From Macrostomum lignano (Eukaryota): a stretch of 64,000 nucleotides of DNA. The stretch is from the NCBI GenBank assembly GCA_002269645.1, contig NIVC01002164.1:133553-197552 (forward strand), read 5' to 3'. Positions 13,641 through 26,821 of the stretch are shown here, piece after piece. Position numbers and translations under genes: made by a program. Below the pieces are notes generated by a model. That model saw nothing but the letters and a program-made list of their open reading frames with translations. It was not told the origin of the DNA and did no database searches. The number at the start of each line of letters is the position of its first letter. The first letter of the stretch is position 1.

Positions 13641-14090
13641 TAATAACATTCCATCGATGTCCCCAAATCATTTTTGGTTCGCTTTCCGAATCTCCTTTAG
13701 CATTCCACGCAAGCAGAATTCACAATAAAAGTGCTAAATGATTTTCATTTTCCTGGCTAGTGTTTTTTCGAACAAACCAGCAATCAAGACAGAAAGCATG
13801 AACTCGCGCCGCTCGTGTCTGCATTGCTCCGTATGCATGGGCGCGACATTGACAATTAACCAATTATTATTTATTACACACTTCGTCTGACGCAGCTGCA
13901 AAGCCATTCAAAATTATTCCAATCGTTTCGGCTCCTCAAAGACCTCGCCGACAAAGTGTCGGGTTACATACAGATTGTCTTCTGCTAAACCCCGAACCGC
14001 TCAGTGGCTGCGGACTTCCACGGTAATTTGTTAGCAGCATATACTGCCGGCCACTGTTGCCTTTGACAACTGCACTTTGCGGTGGACTGA

Positions 14091-14432
<342 letters not shown>

Positions 14433-14957
14433 CTAATGTGCGGGTTAATAAGAATGGTATGAACTTTGAAGCAGAAGGGTCTCTTGTCTGTCTCTAGCAG
14501 AAGCTATTTTTTTTCTTATTCGATGCCGAGCGAAGGTCACCCAGTCCACCTGCCTGCTTTATCTGACACTAGCTGCCCAGCACAACCGAAGCAGCTCTCT
14601 ACAATTAGCTCGTACTGTAGATAGCCGAAAGGCAGCTAACCTCTGCTCTGCTATTGAGTGCAGCTGTGGGCTCATTGTGCACCCTCCCCGCCTTGGACAC
14701 ATCGCCATTCTCTTTCATTGTTGATTGCCCCCCTAGGCCGAACCTGGCCTTGGCATTCAGCAATGCCTTGTCCGACCCTGCCTCTGCGGGACTCATTAAA
14801 ACTGTTGCTGAGCTGCATTATAAAACTCCACGGAACTCCATCGGAAGGCCACAGCTAACTCTTACCTCCACGGTCTCATGGTCTGTTTAGTCCCATACAT
14901 CATAAATAGACTACATATAACCGTATCAAAAATATTATAACTCATATTGAATACATG

Positions 14958-15870
14958 CCATAGATCTCACAGATCTCATGCATGCAGATCTCACAGATCT
15001 CATACATGCAGATCTCATACATGCAGATCTCATAGATCTCATACATGCAGATCTCATAGATCTCATACATGCAGATCTCATAGATCTCATACATGCAGAT
15101 CTCATAGATCTCATACATGCAGATCTCATAGATCTCATACATGCAGATCTCATAGATCTCATACATGCAGATCTCATAGATCTCATACATGCAGATCTCA
15201 CAGATCTCATTACCCTGTAGATCTCACAGATCTCATTACCCTGTAGATCTCACAGATCTCATTAGCCTGTAGATCTCATTAGCCTGTAGATCTCATTAGC
15301 CTGTAGATCTCATTAGCCTGTAGATCTCATTAGCCTGTAGATCTCATTAGCCTGTAGATCTCATTAGCCTGTAGATCTCATTAGCCTGTAGATCTCATTA
15401 GCCTGTAGATCTCATTAGCCTGTAGATCTCATTAGCCTGTAGATCTCATTAGCCTGTAGATCTCATTAGCCTGTAGATCTCATTAGCCTGTAGATCTCAT
15501 TAGCCTGTAGATCTCATTAGCCTGTAGATCTCATTAGCCTGTAGATCTCATTAGCCTGTAGATCTCATTAGCCTGTAGATCTCATTAGCCTGTAGATCTC
15601 ATTAGCCTGTAGACCTCACATATCTCATTAGCCTGTAGATCTCACAGATCTCATTAGCCTGTAGATCTCACAGATCTCATTAGCCTGTAGATCTCATTAG
15701 CCTGTAGATCTCACAGATCTCATTAGCCTGTAGATCTCACAGATCTCATTAGCCTGTAGATCTCACATATCTCATTAGCCTATAGATCTCACAGATCTCA
15801 TTAGCCTGTAGATCTCACATATCTCATTAGCCTATAGATCTCACAGATCTCATTAGCCTGTAGATCTCAT
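14958..15870. repeat. AGATCT-based minisatellite (24-bp then 17-bp units)
   Basis: (agatctcatagatctcatacatgc)n, then (agatctcattagcctgt)n. Confidence 0.95.
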
Positions 15871-17217
15871 TGTACGCCTTGACAAGAGGACAAAGTTTTT
15901 CATCTGTTAAAATAATTATAGCTGAGAAAAATCTGGAAAGATCTCAGTCTGTCTGAGCCAAATAAGAAAGCACTGGAAGCAAGCAGGCAACTCCACTTGT
16001 AGAGCAGTGCAGACAGTGAAATGAAGAGAAACAGTCGGTACTGAGTAAACCTCTCAAGTGCAGTGGCGGCCCCCTGGCTGAGGGCAGCACGTGGAGGCAC
16101 CCGGCAAACTGACTGGGACAGAGCTCGGAGGTCTTGGGGTCCTCAGACCACACGCAGAGTAACCAATTACATGGTGTTGAGGCCAAAAAACGCATGTATT
16201 TGCTGCAGGTTACAATCCATTATTGTGTCTATTATATACTTCTATAGTTCTCTGACTTGCCCGCCAGCAAGAAGTCGCTGCTCATTTCAATCTATTGAGC
16301 GACCGGGCGGCCACCCAAAAAGCTTATATTAATTCTGCATCTCCTTTTCACCTGTCAAAAAACACGGAGTTCCGACTCAAAAGCTTCATTAAGTGACTCC
16401 GCGGGGGGTCGCACCCGCGAGTAGCAAGGCAGAAGGCAACCTGCACCTGAATGACTCATCCTTGCAATTCAAGCTTATGAAACACATTTTACATGACAAT
16501 CGTCATGACCTCAAACACTCGCTAACTGTTTTCGAACTTTCGGCATTCAGTCAATTCTTCATCAGTTTTTTATTATTTTATTACTCAGTCGACTGTTATA
16601 TTTTTTCTGCGTTTTTGAAACTTCCTTTTATTTTTTCCACTGCAAATGCTTATCTTGTGTCCAATTTAAGACTGCAAAAAGGCGAAAACATGCCTGTGCA
16701 CTTTCCCCCAGAGTGTAGGCGTTTATCTACCTGGTACTTATCTGGAAGTTCGAAACGGCGCTCTTAATTTCCAGGTGAAAGGAGTACGGTAGTTCAGTGT
16801 CGGGTCAGGCTATATGTGAAAACCTTTGAGTACTAATTGCTAAAACCATGCGGGAAATCAGTGACCTGCCAATCAGAAGACAACTGCGGAAATTGAGCAA
16901 AAGTGGCCTGACGCCACGCCTGCAGCGCACACTGCTATAGATGGGCAGTGCGGGCCGCTGCCACGTTCGAGCATCGCCTCTGCATGAGAGCGGACTGTCT
17001 GTTAGGAGCCTTTATCGGCTGCCCTCTATCTGGCTCTCTGTGCTTCTCTTGCCCACAGGCCACAGGCTCTGTCATGACATGACAGGTCTGGAGTGCCGCC
17101 TGATCTGATAGCTCGTATGCTCAAAACTCGCTCCTTGATCAGGAATTGAAGCAAACTCTCGCTACTCATCAACCGCCCCCTGATAGCCTGGCTCATCACC
17201 GCTCCTTTGTTTACCCT

Positions 17218-18470
17218 CCGCCCCTCGTTCATCCCATCCGCCCCTGGTTCATTCCATCCGCCCCTCGTTCTCCATCCGCCCCTCGTTCATCCCATCCGCC
17301 CCTGGTTCATCCCATCCGCCCCTGGTTCATCCCATCCGCCCCTCGTTCATCCCATCCGCCCCTCGTTCATCCCATCCGCCCCTCGTTCATCCCATCCGCC
17401 CCTCGTTCATCCCATCCGCCCCTCGTTCTCCCATCCGCCCCTCGTTCATCCCATCCGCCCCTCGTTCATCCCATCCGCCCCTCGTTCATCCCATCCGCCC
17501 CTCGTTCATCCCATCCGCCCCTCGTTCATCCCATCCGCCCCTCGTTCTCCCATCCGCCCCTCGTTCATCCCATCCGCCCCTCGTTCATCCCATCCGCCCC
17601 TCGTTCATCCCATCCGCCCCTCGTTCATCCCATCCGCCCCTGGTTCATCCCATCCGCCCCTCGTTCATCCCATCCGCCCCTCGTTCATCCCATCCGCCCC
17701 TCGTTCATCCCATCCGCCCCTCGTTCATCCCATCCGCCCCTCGTTCATCCCATCCGCCCTCGTTCATCCCATCCGCCCCTCGTTCTCCCATCCGCCCCTC
17801 GTTCATCCCATCCGCCCCTCGTTCTCCCATCCGCCCCTCGTTCATCCCATCCGCCCCTGGTTCATCCCATCCGCCCCTCGTTCTCCCATCCGCCCCTCGT
17901 TCATCCCATCCGCCCCTCGTTCATCCCATCCGCCCCTCGTTCATCCCATCCGCCCCTCGTTCTCCCATCCGCCCCTCGTTCATCCCATCCGCCCCTCGTT
18001 CATCCCATCCGCCCTCGTTCATCCCATCCGCCCCTCGTTCATCCCATCCGCCCCTCGTTCATCCCATCCGCCCCTCGTTCATCCCATCCGCCCCTCGTTC
18101 ATCCCATCCGCCCCTCGTTCATCCCATCCGCCCCTTGTTAATTTCCATATACCCCTCGTTCATCCCATCCGCCCCTTGTTAATTTCCATATACCCCTCGT
18201 TCATCCCATCCGCCCCTGGTTCATCCCATCCGCCCCAACCGCCCTAGTTCATCCCATCCGCCCCTGGTTCATCCCATTTACCCTTCGTTCATCCCATTCG
18301 CCCTTCGTTCATCCCATCCTCCCCTCGTTCATCCCATTCGCCCTTCGTTCATCCCATCCTCCCCTCGTTCTTCCCATTCGCCCCTGGTTCATCCCATTTA
18401 CCCTTCGTTCATCCCATCCGCCCCTCGTTCATCCCATCCACCCCTCGTTCATCCCATCCGCCCCTCACTT
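17218..18470. repeat. C-rich minisatellite, 20-bp unit
   Basis: (cccatccgcccctcgttcat)n. Confidence 0.95.
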
Positions 18471-21227
18471 CCCCACCCGCCCCGTGACAACGGCCTTCAC
18501 CTGTCCCCAAGCATCGCAGTTTTCTTCACTACATACAGAGGCCGCGCAGAACTTTTTCAACTGCAGCAAGCAGCAGTCAGTCAGCGAGTATCAGTGAGCT
18601 CACTGGTGCTACAACAGAGCTTGTGGGCAGCCGCTGCAGACTGCTACCCAACTGCCATATTAGCGCATCATTAAATTTATGTAAAATAGATAAGCCCAAT
18701 TCTCAGACCGGAATTATCTGGCGAGGGAATTCACTCGGAAAGGGAAGGTGGGCCCTCCTTACCTTAGAGGGCTGGGGTTAATAAAAATCGTTATCTGTCG
18801 CATGTTGATATCACAGGGTGCGTGCCTACAGTGAACGAAGGGGAGAGTTGAAATTTAGCGCAACAATTCAATTAGCCGTTATCTCGAAGGTGTCGCGCAA
18901 TGCAGCAGCGCGTATGTGCAGTAAAAGCTTACTCTGCTGGAGAATTTCAAATAAAGTACACGATGTCACGCGATCTGTGCAGCTTTGCAGCCGAATCCGC
19001 CTGCTATTTCTCAGATGCGCAGTTCTGGTGCCGCTTGAATTGTACCATTGGAGCAGTGATAACTAATACGCAGTTGAATACTTGGCACAGAAAGCACACA
19101 CTCAATTGGTTCCACGTGACCAAAACTGTTCGCTATCGCGGCAAGGTCAAATTGTGTTTCTAGTTTTCAAAAATAAGTACTTATTTAGTCTGTAACTGGG
19201 TCTCTACCATCTCTTTCTTTTCTTCTTCCACTGTATCCAAGTCACCAGATTTGGACAGCGGTATACATGGGCAGGGCATTGAGCCAGCCTGTTCGCTCTA
19301 AGGAATGGGTCCTGGTTTGGGAATTCTCTTCTGTACTCCACTTGGTTCTCCTACGGCTCTTTAATTATATTATTTTTTCTTTCAACTTCCTTGCACTTGT
19401 ATCTTCCCATCTTTCCCTCTCCCTCTCTCCCTCCCTCTCTCCCTCCCTCTCCCTCTTCCTCTCCCTCTCCTCAGCTCTCCTTCTCTGTCTTCCCTTTCTC
19501 TCTCCATCTCCCTCTCCCTCTATCCCTCTCCCTCCCCCCTCTCTTCTCCCTCTCTCTATCAACCTCTCCTCTTCTATCCACCACCGCCTGTCCCGCAAAA
19601 TGGCAAGGCTCCGGAGGCGGGTGGCCAGAAGCCAGGCCAAGGCCGGCTGGGGGGGGGGGCTCGATCCTGGCCAGAGCTCCACGCATAGAGTAGATCGGAA
19701 GGCCACAGTTATATTAAGATTCACGTGCTGTGCAAAACTTCGTTCTTTTAAATGTTGACGAGGATTTTGTTTTAATTGAAACTTTTGTAAGACCGCCGAT
19801 CGGTTGATAAGCAAATCGCCATTTTCTGCAGCACAGTGTGCTTCTAATAGATGTCATTCTTCTCTTCCTTATCAGAGCATCTGAATTTTTATTTCTGCAA
19901 GTCAATTTATAGCGTACCACCAACCTGTGAATCGGGTTTGATTCCCCTGTCAAAAAGCTATAAGAATTTCCCAAACTGCCTTCCCATCCGTGTTTTTTTT
20001 CTATAGTAGCTTAAACAGGAAAGAAGTGCTGAATTTTGGGAAATGGGAAGGAAGTTGCTTCGGGTGGGGCCTCGGAGAGAGAGAGAGAAGCCGACATCCA
20101 GCATTTATGACCTTCCTTCCGAACCCCCGCTGCCCTCTCTTCAACTGGGCAGCCCCATGCAGGATGCTGCCGCTGTCTCAGAGCTGGGTCTGCTCTGAAG
20201 GTGACAGAAACTAGAGGGGGGGGGGGGCAGATGGCCCTTAGCTTGACGGCTTTCCGCTGCCTGCTTGCTGCCGCATACACCGCTGCTCACGCCATACCAG
20301 CCGCCCTGGATTAAGGACTCAACCTCGCATTGTACCCAAGCGGCCACCGCCTTCCTTCACCGCCTCTGAGGCTCCAACTGATTTATCCTTCAACAGCGTC
20401 TGAGCCTCCCGGATCCATTGCGGTCAAGCAAGCCTTGTACCGAGATAAAGCCAGCATCGGTTTTGAAAAGTTATCAGCAAAGCAGTCGGCAAAGGCAGCC
20501 TGGGTGGTATTAACCCTTCTTTGAGTTTGCGGAGCCGCCGGTGCCACAGCAACAACAGTCTGGCCAGGTGAACCTGCATGCTACCTCTGACCACTAAAGG
20601 TCAGTCTGGGAACAGGGGGGACCCCCGAATTTTTCTTTCAATTTCCTCCCTCCCCTCCCTGCAAATCTCCCTCCCTCTTGCAGCCCAACTCTGTCGGCGT
20701 CGCCCCTTTGTCCGGCCCGCTTCCAATTCCTTTGAGGTTCGCCCGCCCCACTCGCATCCTGCAGCTTCTTCACTGCTGCCGGGGATGCGAGTGGGTTCGC
20801 TCCCCGCCCAATGGGGGTTATGGAGAGCCTTGCACTTGTTGCCGCCGCTGGCCCCCGATGCTTTGTCGGCAATTTTCCGTCTAACAAAAAATACAACTTG
20901 CCCACCCATCCACCTGCGGCTCCCGCCGCCCCACCGTGTCAAACTGCGGGCAGACTGACCTCCCGGGGGGGGCGGTCCTGTCTAAAATCCGCGCCTCAAT
21001 CTCTTCGACTTTTTCAAAGCGCAATACCTGCTGCTTGTCTTGTTATCTAACTGCTGCAGTTTCCCCTCAGCCGGCACATTAAACACCCGGGGGGTCCCGG
21101 CAGTTTGAAACCTACCTGCATGTGCCGCGCTGCTCACTCGGCAAGCGCCTGTCTGGCCTCGCCTCTCATTGGCTGGGCGGCTTTTGGGGCCACCCTCGCA
21201 GCTGGAGGGGGCGTCCCTTACGCCAAG

Positions 21228-21235
21228 CATAAAAG
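21228..21235 (+). promoter_or_regulatory. Possible TATA-like box of the ETS gene
   Basis: CATAAAAG about 150 nt upstream of ATG 21386, with a reverse CCAAT (attgg) near 21168; short motif, may be chance. Confidence 0.2.
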
Positions 21236-21385
21236 CTCACCCGCCAAAAGACAGACTCTGGCAGTCGTTTTTTAAAGAAGAAAACAGCTTAGAGTTGACA
21301 AGCGTCAAAGCTGCTCACTTTTGATGCCTACAGAGGCTCGCTAGCGCCTTCGCTCAACGGTGTATTCGGAGAAGATTTGTTTAAA

Positions 21386-22576
21386 ATGACAGCAACTGAC
21401 GAAGCCGAGCGGTTCATCATGGAGCTGCTGAGCGAGCCAGCGGAACCGCAGCCTGGCTGGCGGGCTGACGACCTCGCCGAGCTGGACAGCAGCCACTTTG
21501 ACGCCATGCGAAACGCCTTTGACGATCTGCTGACGTACGACAGCGCAACCTTGATCGGAATGTACCAGCTGTCGCCGCAGCCACCGCAGCAACAGCCGCT
21601 GCCTCTGCCGCAGCCATGGCAGTTCCCCGAGTTGCTTTCCGTTGACCTCGACGATGACCAGGCACTGGAGCAGCTGCAGCCACAGCAGCTGCAGCCACAG
21701 CAGCTGCAGAAGTCGCAGTTCGCCGCCTGCTCCGAAGCCGCTCTGCTGGCAATGCGCCGGCGCTCAGACTCCGGCTACTCGGCATCAACCCGGAGTCCAT
21801 GCAGCGAAGGCAGCAGCTTCTGCGAGTCGAATTCGCCTCAGCAGGTGCCGCTGCCGCTGCCGCAACCGCCGCCGCCGGCTCCTCCTCTATCGCTGTGGCA
21901 AAGCGACGAGAAGCCTCCGACAGCCGGCGGTCTCGATGAGGGCTTCAGCGACACCACCAGAGGGCGCTGCCATGCCGGCTTTCAATCGAAGTTTCGAATT
22001 GGAAAAATTCGAAGTAAGCGAAAATCTGCAGCGTAGGGAAATCTATAAATAATGCTGCAAATTCCCGCTGTCTGTAAAGTCCGCACACAGCTGTGCAGGA
22101 ATGCACGGGCTGATCCCCCACCTTCTATCCATAATCATATCCACTGAACTATAGGCTTATATTCACTGCGCACGGATGGAAAGAGGGCAACACTGCTTGT
22201 GCTTGAAAACACATTGATGAAGCGTTATAGTACAGTTCTTATTAAGTCGCAAACTCCATGATCAAGTCCTCCGCCTTCTTCTGCCCACGCAGAGCCCAAG
22301 AGCCGGCAGTTGCAGCTGTGGGAGTTTCTCTACCAGCTGCTCCACGAGGCCTCGGACAGTCCGGCTCTGGTCTGGGAGAGCCGGGCGGACGGCGTGTTCC
22401 GCATCGAGCGCCCGGCCGCCTTGGCCGAGGCGTGGGGCCGGCATCGCTGCCGCGGCAGCATGACCTACGAGAAGATGTCCCGCACGCTCAGGTACTACTA
22501 CGAGAAGCAGCTCATCACCAAGGTGACGGGCCGGCAGCACACCTACAGATTTCACTACGACAAATTTCCTCAGTAA
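21386..22576 (+). CDS. ETS-domain transcription factor (ESE/ELF/SPDEF-like), 2 exons, ~303 aa
   Basis: Exons 21386-22013 and 22293-22576 (phase 1, GT-AG). ETS domain LWEFLYQLL..VWESRADGVFRI..LAEAWG..MTYEKMSRTLRYYY..KVTGRQHTYRF; the N-terminus is acidic and P/Q-rich. Confidence 0.9.
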
Positions 22577-25117
22577 CCAACTAATGGCCCACCTGTGCCC
22601 CCAACTGATAGTCTTCTGTCTGGTCTGACTGGCATTGTGCTAATCATTTCTACACAACTATCACGATTTTTTCCACTGAATCGTCTCAATCAGTGATTTC
22701 CGCCTCCAATCGTTTCTTCTATGCGCTCCATTAGCATCGAATTTTATCTCCGTAGTTTTGCATTTCTGCTGTTTTTTTCTGCTACAGACGCGGCCGAATA
22801 GTAATCTGGGAGGGAGGGGGCGCAGTTGGTAAAGACCCTGAAGATGTGTTGTTCGCTTCGGCCCATAGCTCGGGTAAAAACGTGCTCAGAGGAAGGGCTG
22901 GCAGTGCTTGTCTTGGGGTATAGAAGAAAGAAAACAAGAGCACAGCTCAGCCTTTGCTTGCTTTCGAGACCCCCGCGGCAGAGGGTCAGGGCTGACTCAG
23001 GTGAGTTACAACTGTTTTCTCAGAGAGCAAAATTCGGATGTAAACAATAGTGAAACATCGGGATTCACATAGTGAAACTAGACTCATTGTGGTTTCTACT
23101 ACTACGTACTACTGCTAGTAGCACAGTCTGTAAATCCAAATTGTAAATTTCCTGCTTGTTGTTCAGCCTTAGCTTTTTCCATTATTTAATATAGAGAGAT
23201 TGTCAGGTATAGGTAATTGCATGGTCTCTGATCTCTTCAGGTGAGCATCACCCAGATTTGGCTGGCTCCTTCGGCCGGCTGCAAGAAACTCTGTTTTATA
23301 TTTTCCTCCGCTTCCTTTATAGGATTCAACTGTATTTTATTACCTCCACAAAACCGATAGTTTTCCTGTAAGCTACTCACATCTCAGTAGCATATCTGCA
23401 CACATGCAGCTAAAAATTGATTTTTTGCTCGAAAAATTGATGTCGATTTTTTTTTATCGGATCCTGCTCAGGCCGCAGAACAGTGATAAACACTCGCTCT
23501 CTGACCGACTTGGGACCAGCGCGCCCCGCAGACTGCTGTTGATTTTATCCGCCTCAGAAATTGCCTAACTAAACTGCTTCGCCGTATTAAAATATTCTCA
23601 TTGTGTAGCAAAACTCCTTGCGACATTCACTGCCTTCACTCGTCAATTGTCTCGTCAATTTTCCCCAAACGAAAACCGATCGCATCTCCCTCTGAGCACT
23701 TGCAAAAACGAGTTTTGAGTCAATGATCCAGTAAGTCAAGCTATGCATTCTTCATCACCATGGTTACAGCAGTTCGAGTTGGGTGGTGACTATACAGCAA
23801 CCAATTGAATATAAAACTTAACTGCTAGCTGCAGTGGCTTACGCCTGCTGCGCTGCAAGGTTCGCAATGTTTGTGCTTATTTAAACTTGTCTGAATATTC
23901 GTAAGCTATTTATTTTCTACAATCAATACGCATTCATTTTATGAGAAAGATCCGCGTTAAACCCCGCCCGCCCGCCGGTCGATCGATCGGTCCACTCAGC
24001 ATTAGATATAAGATTGAACTAATTAATTCATTTAATTCATTTATCGCAATATAGTGACATAAATACAGATGCAGACTGGCTAAACCTTTGAGGCTCTGTT
24101 CTCATTCTCTAGCTCAGTTTAGGGTTCGTTTTGAGCAATTGTGTGAGCAAAACATACACTAGGTTGATGGAGCAGGAAATTTACTGCAGTTGATGCAGCG
24201 AAAAATAGAGGTAAAGATGAACACAAAAGCAAGGAATACGACGATTTGAAATGTATAAAAATAGATCTTCGAGCTTCAGATGTTATCAACGTGCGTTTTT
24301 ATGCCGGCATTCGAGCCGGGCAAGCCGGTAAACAAATAGAATTGTAGACAAGAAACAAGGCCAGATTCTGGGACAAAAATATGACTAAGAAACACGAGCC
24401 CGTTGCATGAAAGAAAAATACGAGTAGCTCACATCGGTACCGAAGACACATATGCGCATGTAAACACCAGGGAAATTCTGTTTTGATTACCGGCGTAAGC
24501 AAACGATATGAAAGAAACAACAACACCTGTAATTCTGCAAGGGTTCAATCAAGTACCCTTGATTGAATGCATGATGATTATGTCTAATAATTTACACATG
24601 TACTCATGACTAATTTACGGAAAACATTTACATATACATGTTACATGTATATCGACATATGCCGATTTCAATGTAGACGTCTATAGCAAGTGGTTTTCGT
24701 TTAACCATTAGGAAGCCAAAGGCCTGCACCGCGGGCCATACCGAAACGCCCCAAAAGCCCAGAGATTCAAGAAATGTCAATGGCATCAAAAAGAATCTTC
24801 CCAATCACTAAAACAAGTTCCCAGTATGGCCTGCTGTGCAGGACGTGACTGATTAAAAAAATTCCATCATGTATTTCCAGTATGTTTTGACTCCAATTTT
24901 AAAGGTGAAATAAGCGTGCGCAGTGAAAATTTGTGGTGATGCACAAATATATGGTCGTATTAAATGTAGCTTACTCTAATCACTTCACTAATTTATTATA
25001 ATTATTATTAAACAAATAAAAAAAATGTTGCCGGTTCCAAACAAAAAAAGGACATGAAAAGAAAAGTGTAGCAGGTTTCAAGTTGGGAGACGCCAATACA
25101 GGACTGCTCGTGGGACC

Positions 25118-26821
25118 TCAATGTGTCTCGTGCCAGATCCTGAAGCATGCATCTGGACAGAGACCAGGATTTCCCGGGACATTAGCTGCAGCAGAATACT
25201 GTCTTCTTAGCTGAAACGTCAGGGTTTCAAAGAGCACATTCGGCATCGTTTGCTTGGGCGAGCCTGGGCTTCCGTTACTGGTAGACTCAATTGGTGAATG
25301 AATTGGACGGTTAGCCTGCATCGGGGCTGGAACCTGAGTCGGTGGCCGAGCGCGTCCCTGTCCTGAGTCGCGGATCAGCGTCTTGATGCTATTCTCTAGA
25401 AAAGTAAAAAATTTGGCTGTCCCACCACATTTCTTGTACAGCGTCCAAGAGTTTCGTCCAAGCGTGAGAATCAGGTGAAACGCGACTTTCTGGAACCATT
25501 TGTAGGACTTACGATTTGGATGGTAGAGATACACGGACGCATCGAGTCGATCAACGCCACCCATATTGCGATTGTACTGCACGACAGCTGTTGGTTTTGG
25601 AATTTGTTCAACTTGACCACCGCGAAGAATTCTGCGAACATCAGTGCAAGCGGCAGGCATGCTTGTGTCCAGAAGGTAGACGACTTTTGTTCCTGAGGCC
25701 TTTCTGTCTGCTAGCTTGATAAGCGAGTGTCTGATTGCACCTTTTGAAGAAACCCTGACAGAGTAATCAGAAATTTTTCTTGCGATTCTCTCGGGATTCC
25801 ACGATCCTTTCGAACAGTTCCGGTGAGCAGTCTTTTTGTTGAACAATTAGATGGCCAATCTGTGTGACGTAAACCAACTGTCTGTGAATTTGTGGTATCC
25901 TTCACACAGCAGTTCGCGGCTAAGCCCAACAACGACTCGTTCGCTCAAGGAGAGCGCATCGCATTGGAGACCGGCACTGAAGGTTGCGTGCTCGGCCTCA
26001 ATGGAACGCAGCAGGAAATTTCACAGGTATCCCGTCGTGGACTCAGTCGGCAATAAAGTTTGATGCCGTATACTTCGCCAATTCCTGCTTGGAATATACT
26101 GCTTCAGCAGTAGTCTCCCTTATACAGAATCAGCGTCTCCTCGATGGCGACATCCTGCTCTGGTCGCGTAGGTTTTGCGACAAATTCGGCTAATCAACCT
26201 GGTGGTAAAAATCACGTCGAAATGACGTCGAAAAGCGACGTCGAAATTTCACGTCGATTTGAACCACGATTTCGACGTCGAATGAAAGATTCAAACGACC
26301 ACTCATTTGTCGTAAGTTTTTGATAGGCAAATATCGACTCTATTTCGACGTGATTTTTACCGCCGGGAAGTCCAGAAAAGGCCTTACTTTACACAATGGG
26401 TCGTTTGATATAAAACTCTCGGCAGTTGTAGCACGGAAGTGAAACGCGGCCAGTAGTTGAAGAAATCGCCAACAGGGAAGGCGCGCTCGGCATCTGTGGA
26501 CCAGTAGTGGCGTATGGTCGGCTTGCTGTTAATGCCCATGAAGAGCACCATTCCCAGAAACGTTTTCATGCAGGAAACTCTTCCTCGCCAGTTTCTGCAC
26601 TCTACTGCTGGAACTCCCTCACTGCCAACCACATTTGCTCATTGGTTCCATTGACAAGACTGGTGAGAAACTCTTCAGTCAGGAAGATTTAATAAAAAGT
26701 CTGTCATACCCTCGTCTGCATTCTCTGATAGATTGATGATGCGTCTTCAGAATCGGAATCGAGTCCTAGTCTTCGCAAGGCGGTCACTTTTAGCTGTGTT
26801 TTTCTGGCGCGTCGAAGCCAT
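25118..26821 (-). mobile_element. Decayed piggyBac (PGBD / DDE_Tnp_1_7-type) transposase pseudogene
   Basis: Fragments in several frames: KTFLGMVLFMGINSKPTIRHYWS; KVRPFLDL; PEQDVAIEETLILYKGRLLLKQYIP; EGYHKFTDSWFTS; YNRNMGGVDRLD; Cys-rich C-terminus PGLCPDACFRIWH. Multiple stops and frameshifts; element termini not established. Confidence 0.88.
26198..26367. mobile_element. 170-bp MITE nested in the piggyBac ORF, AA target-site duplication (CACTA/CMC-like)
   Basis: 26-bp TIRs CCTGGTGGTAAAAATCACGTCGAAAT / ATTTCGACGTGATTTTTACCGCCGGG (2 mismatches); AA on both flanks; internal ACGTCGA repeats; removing it rejoins KVRPFLD|LISRICRKTY. Confidence 0.85.
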
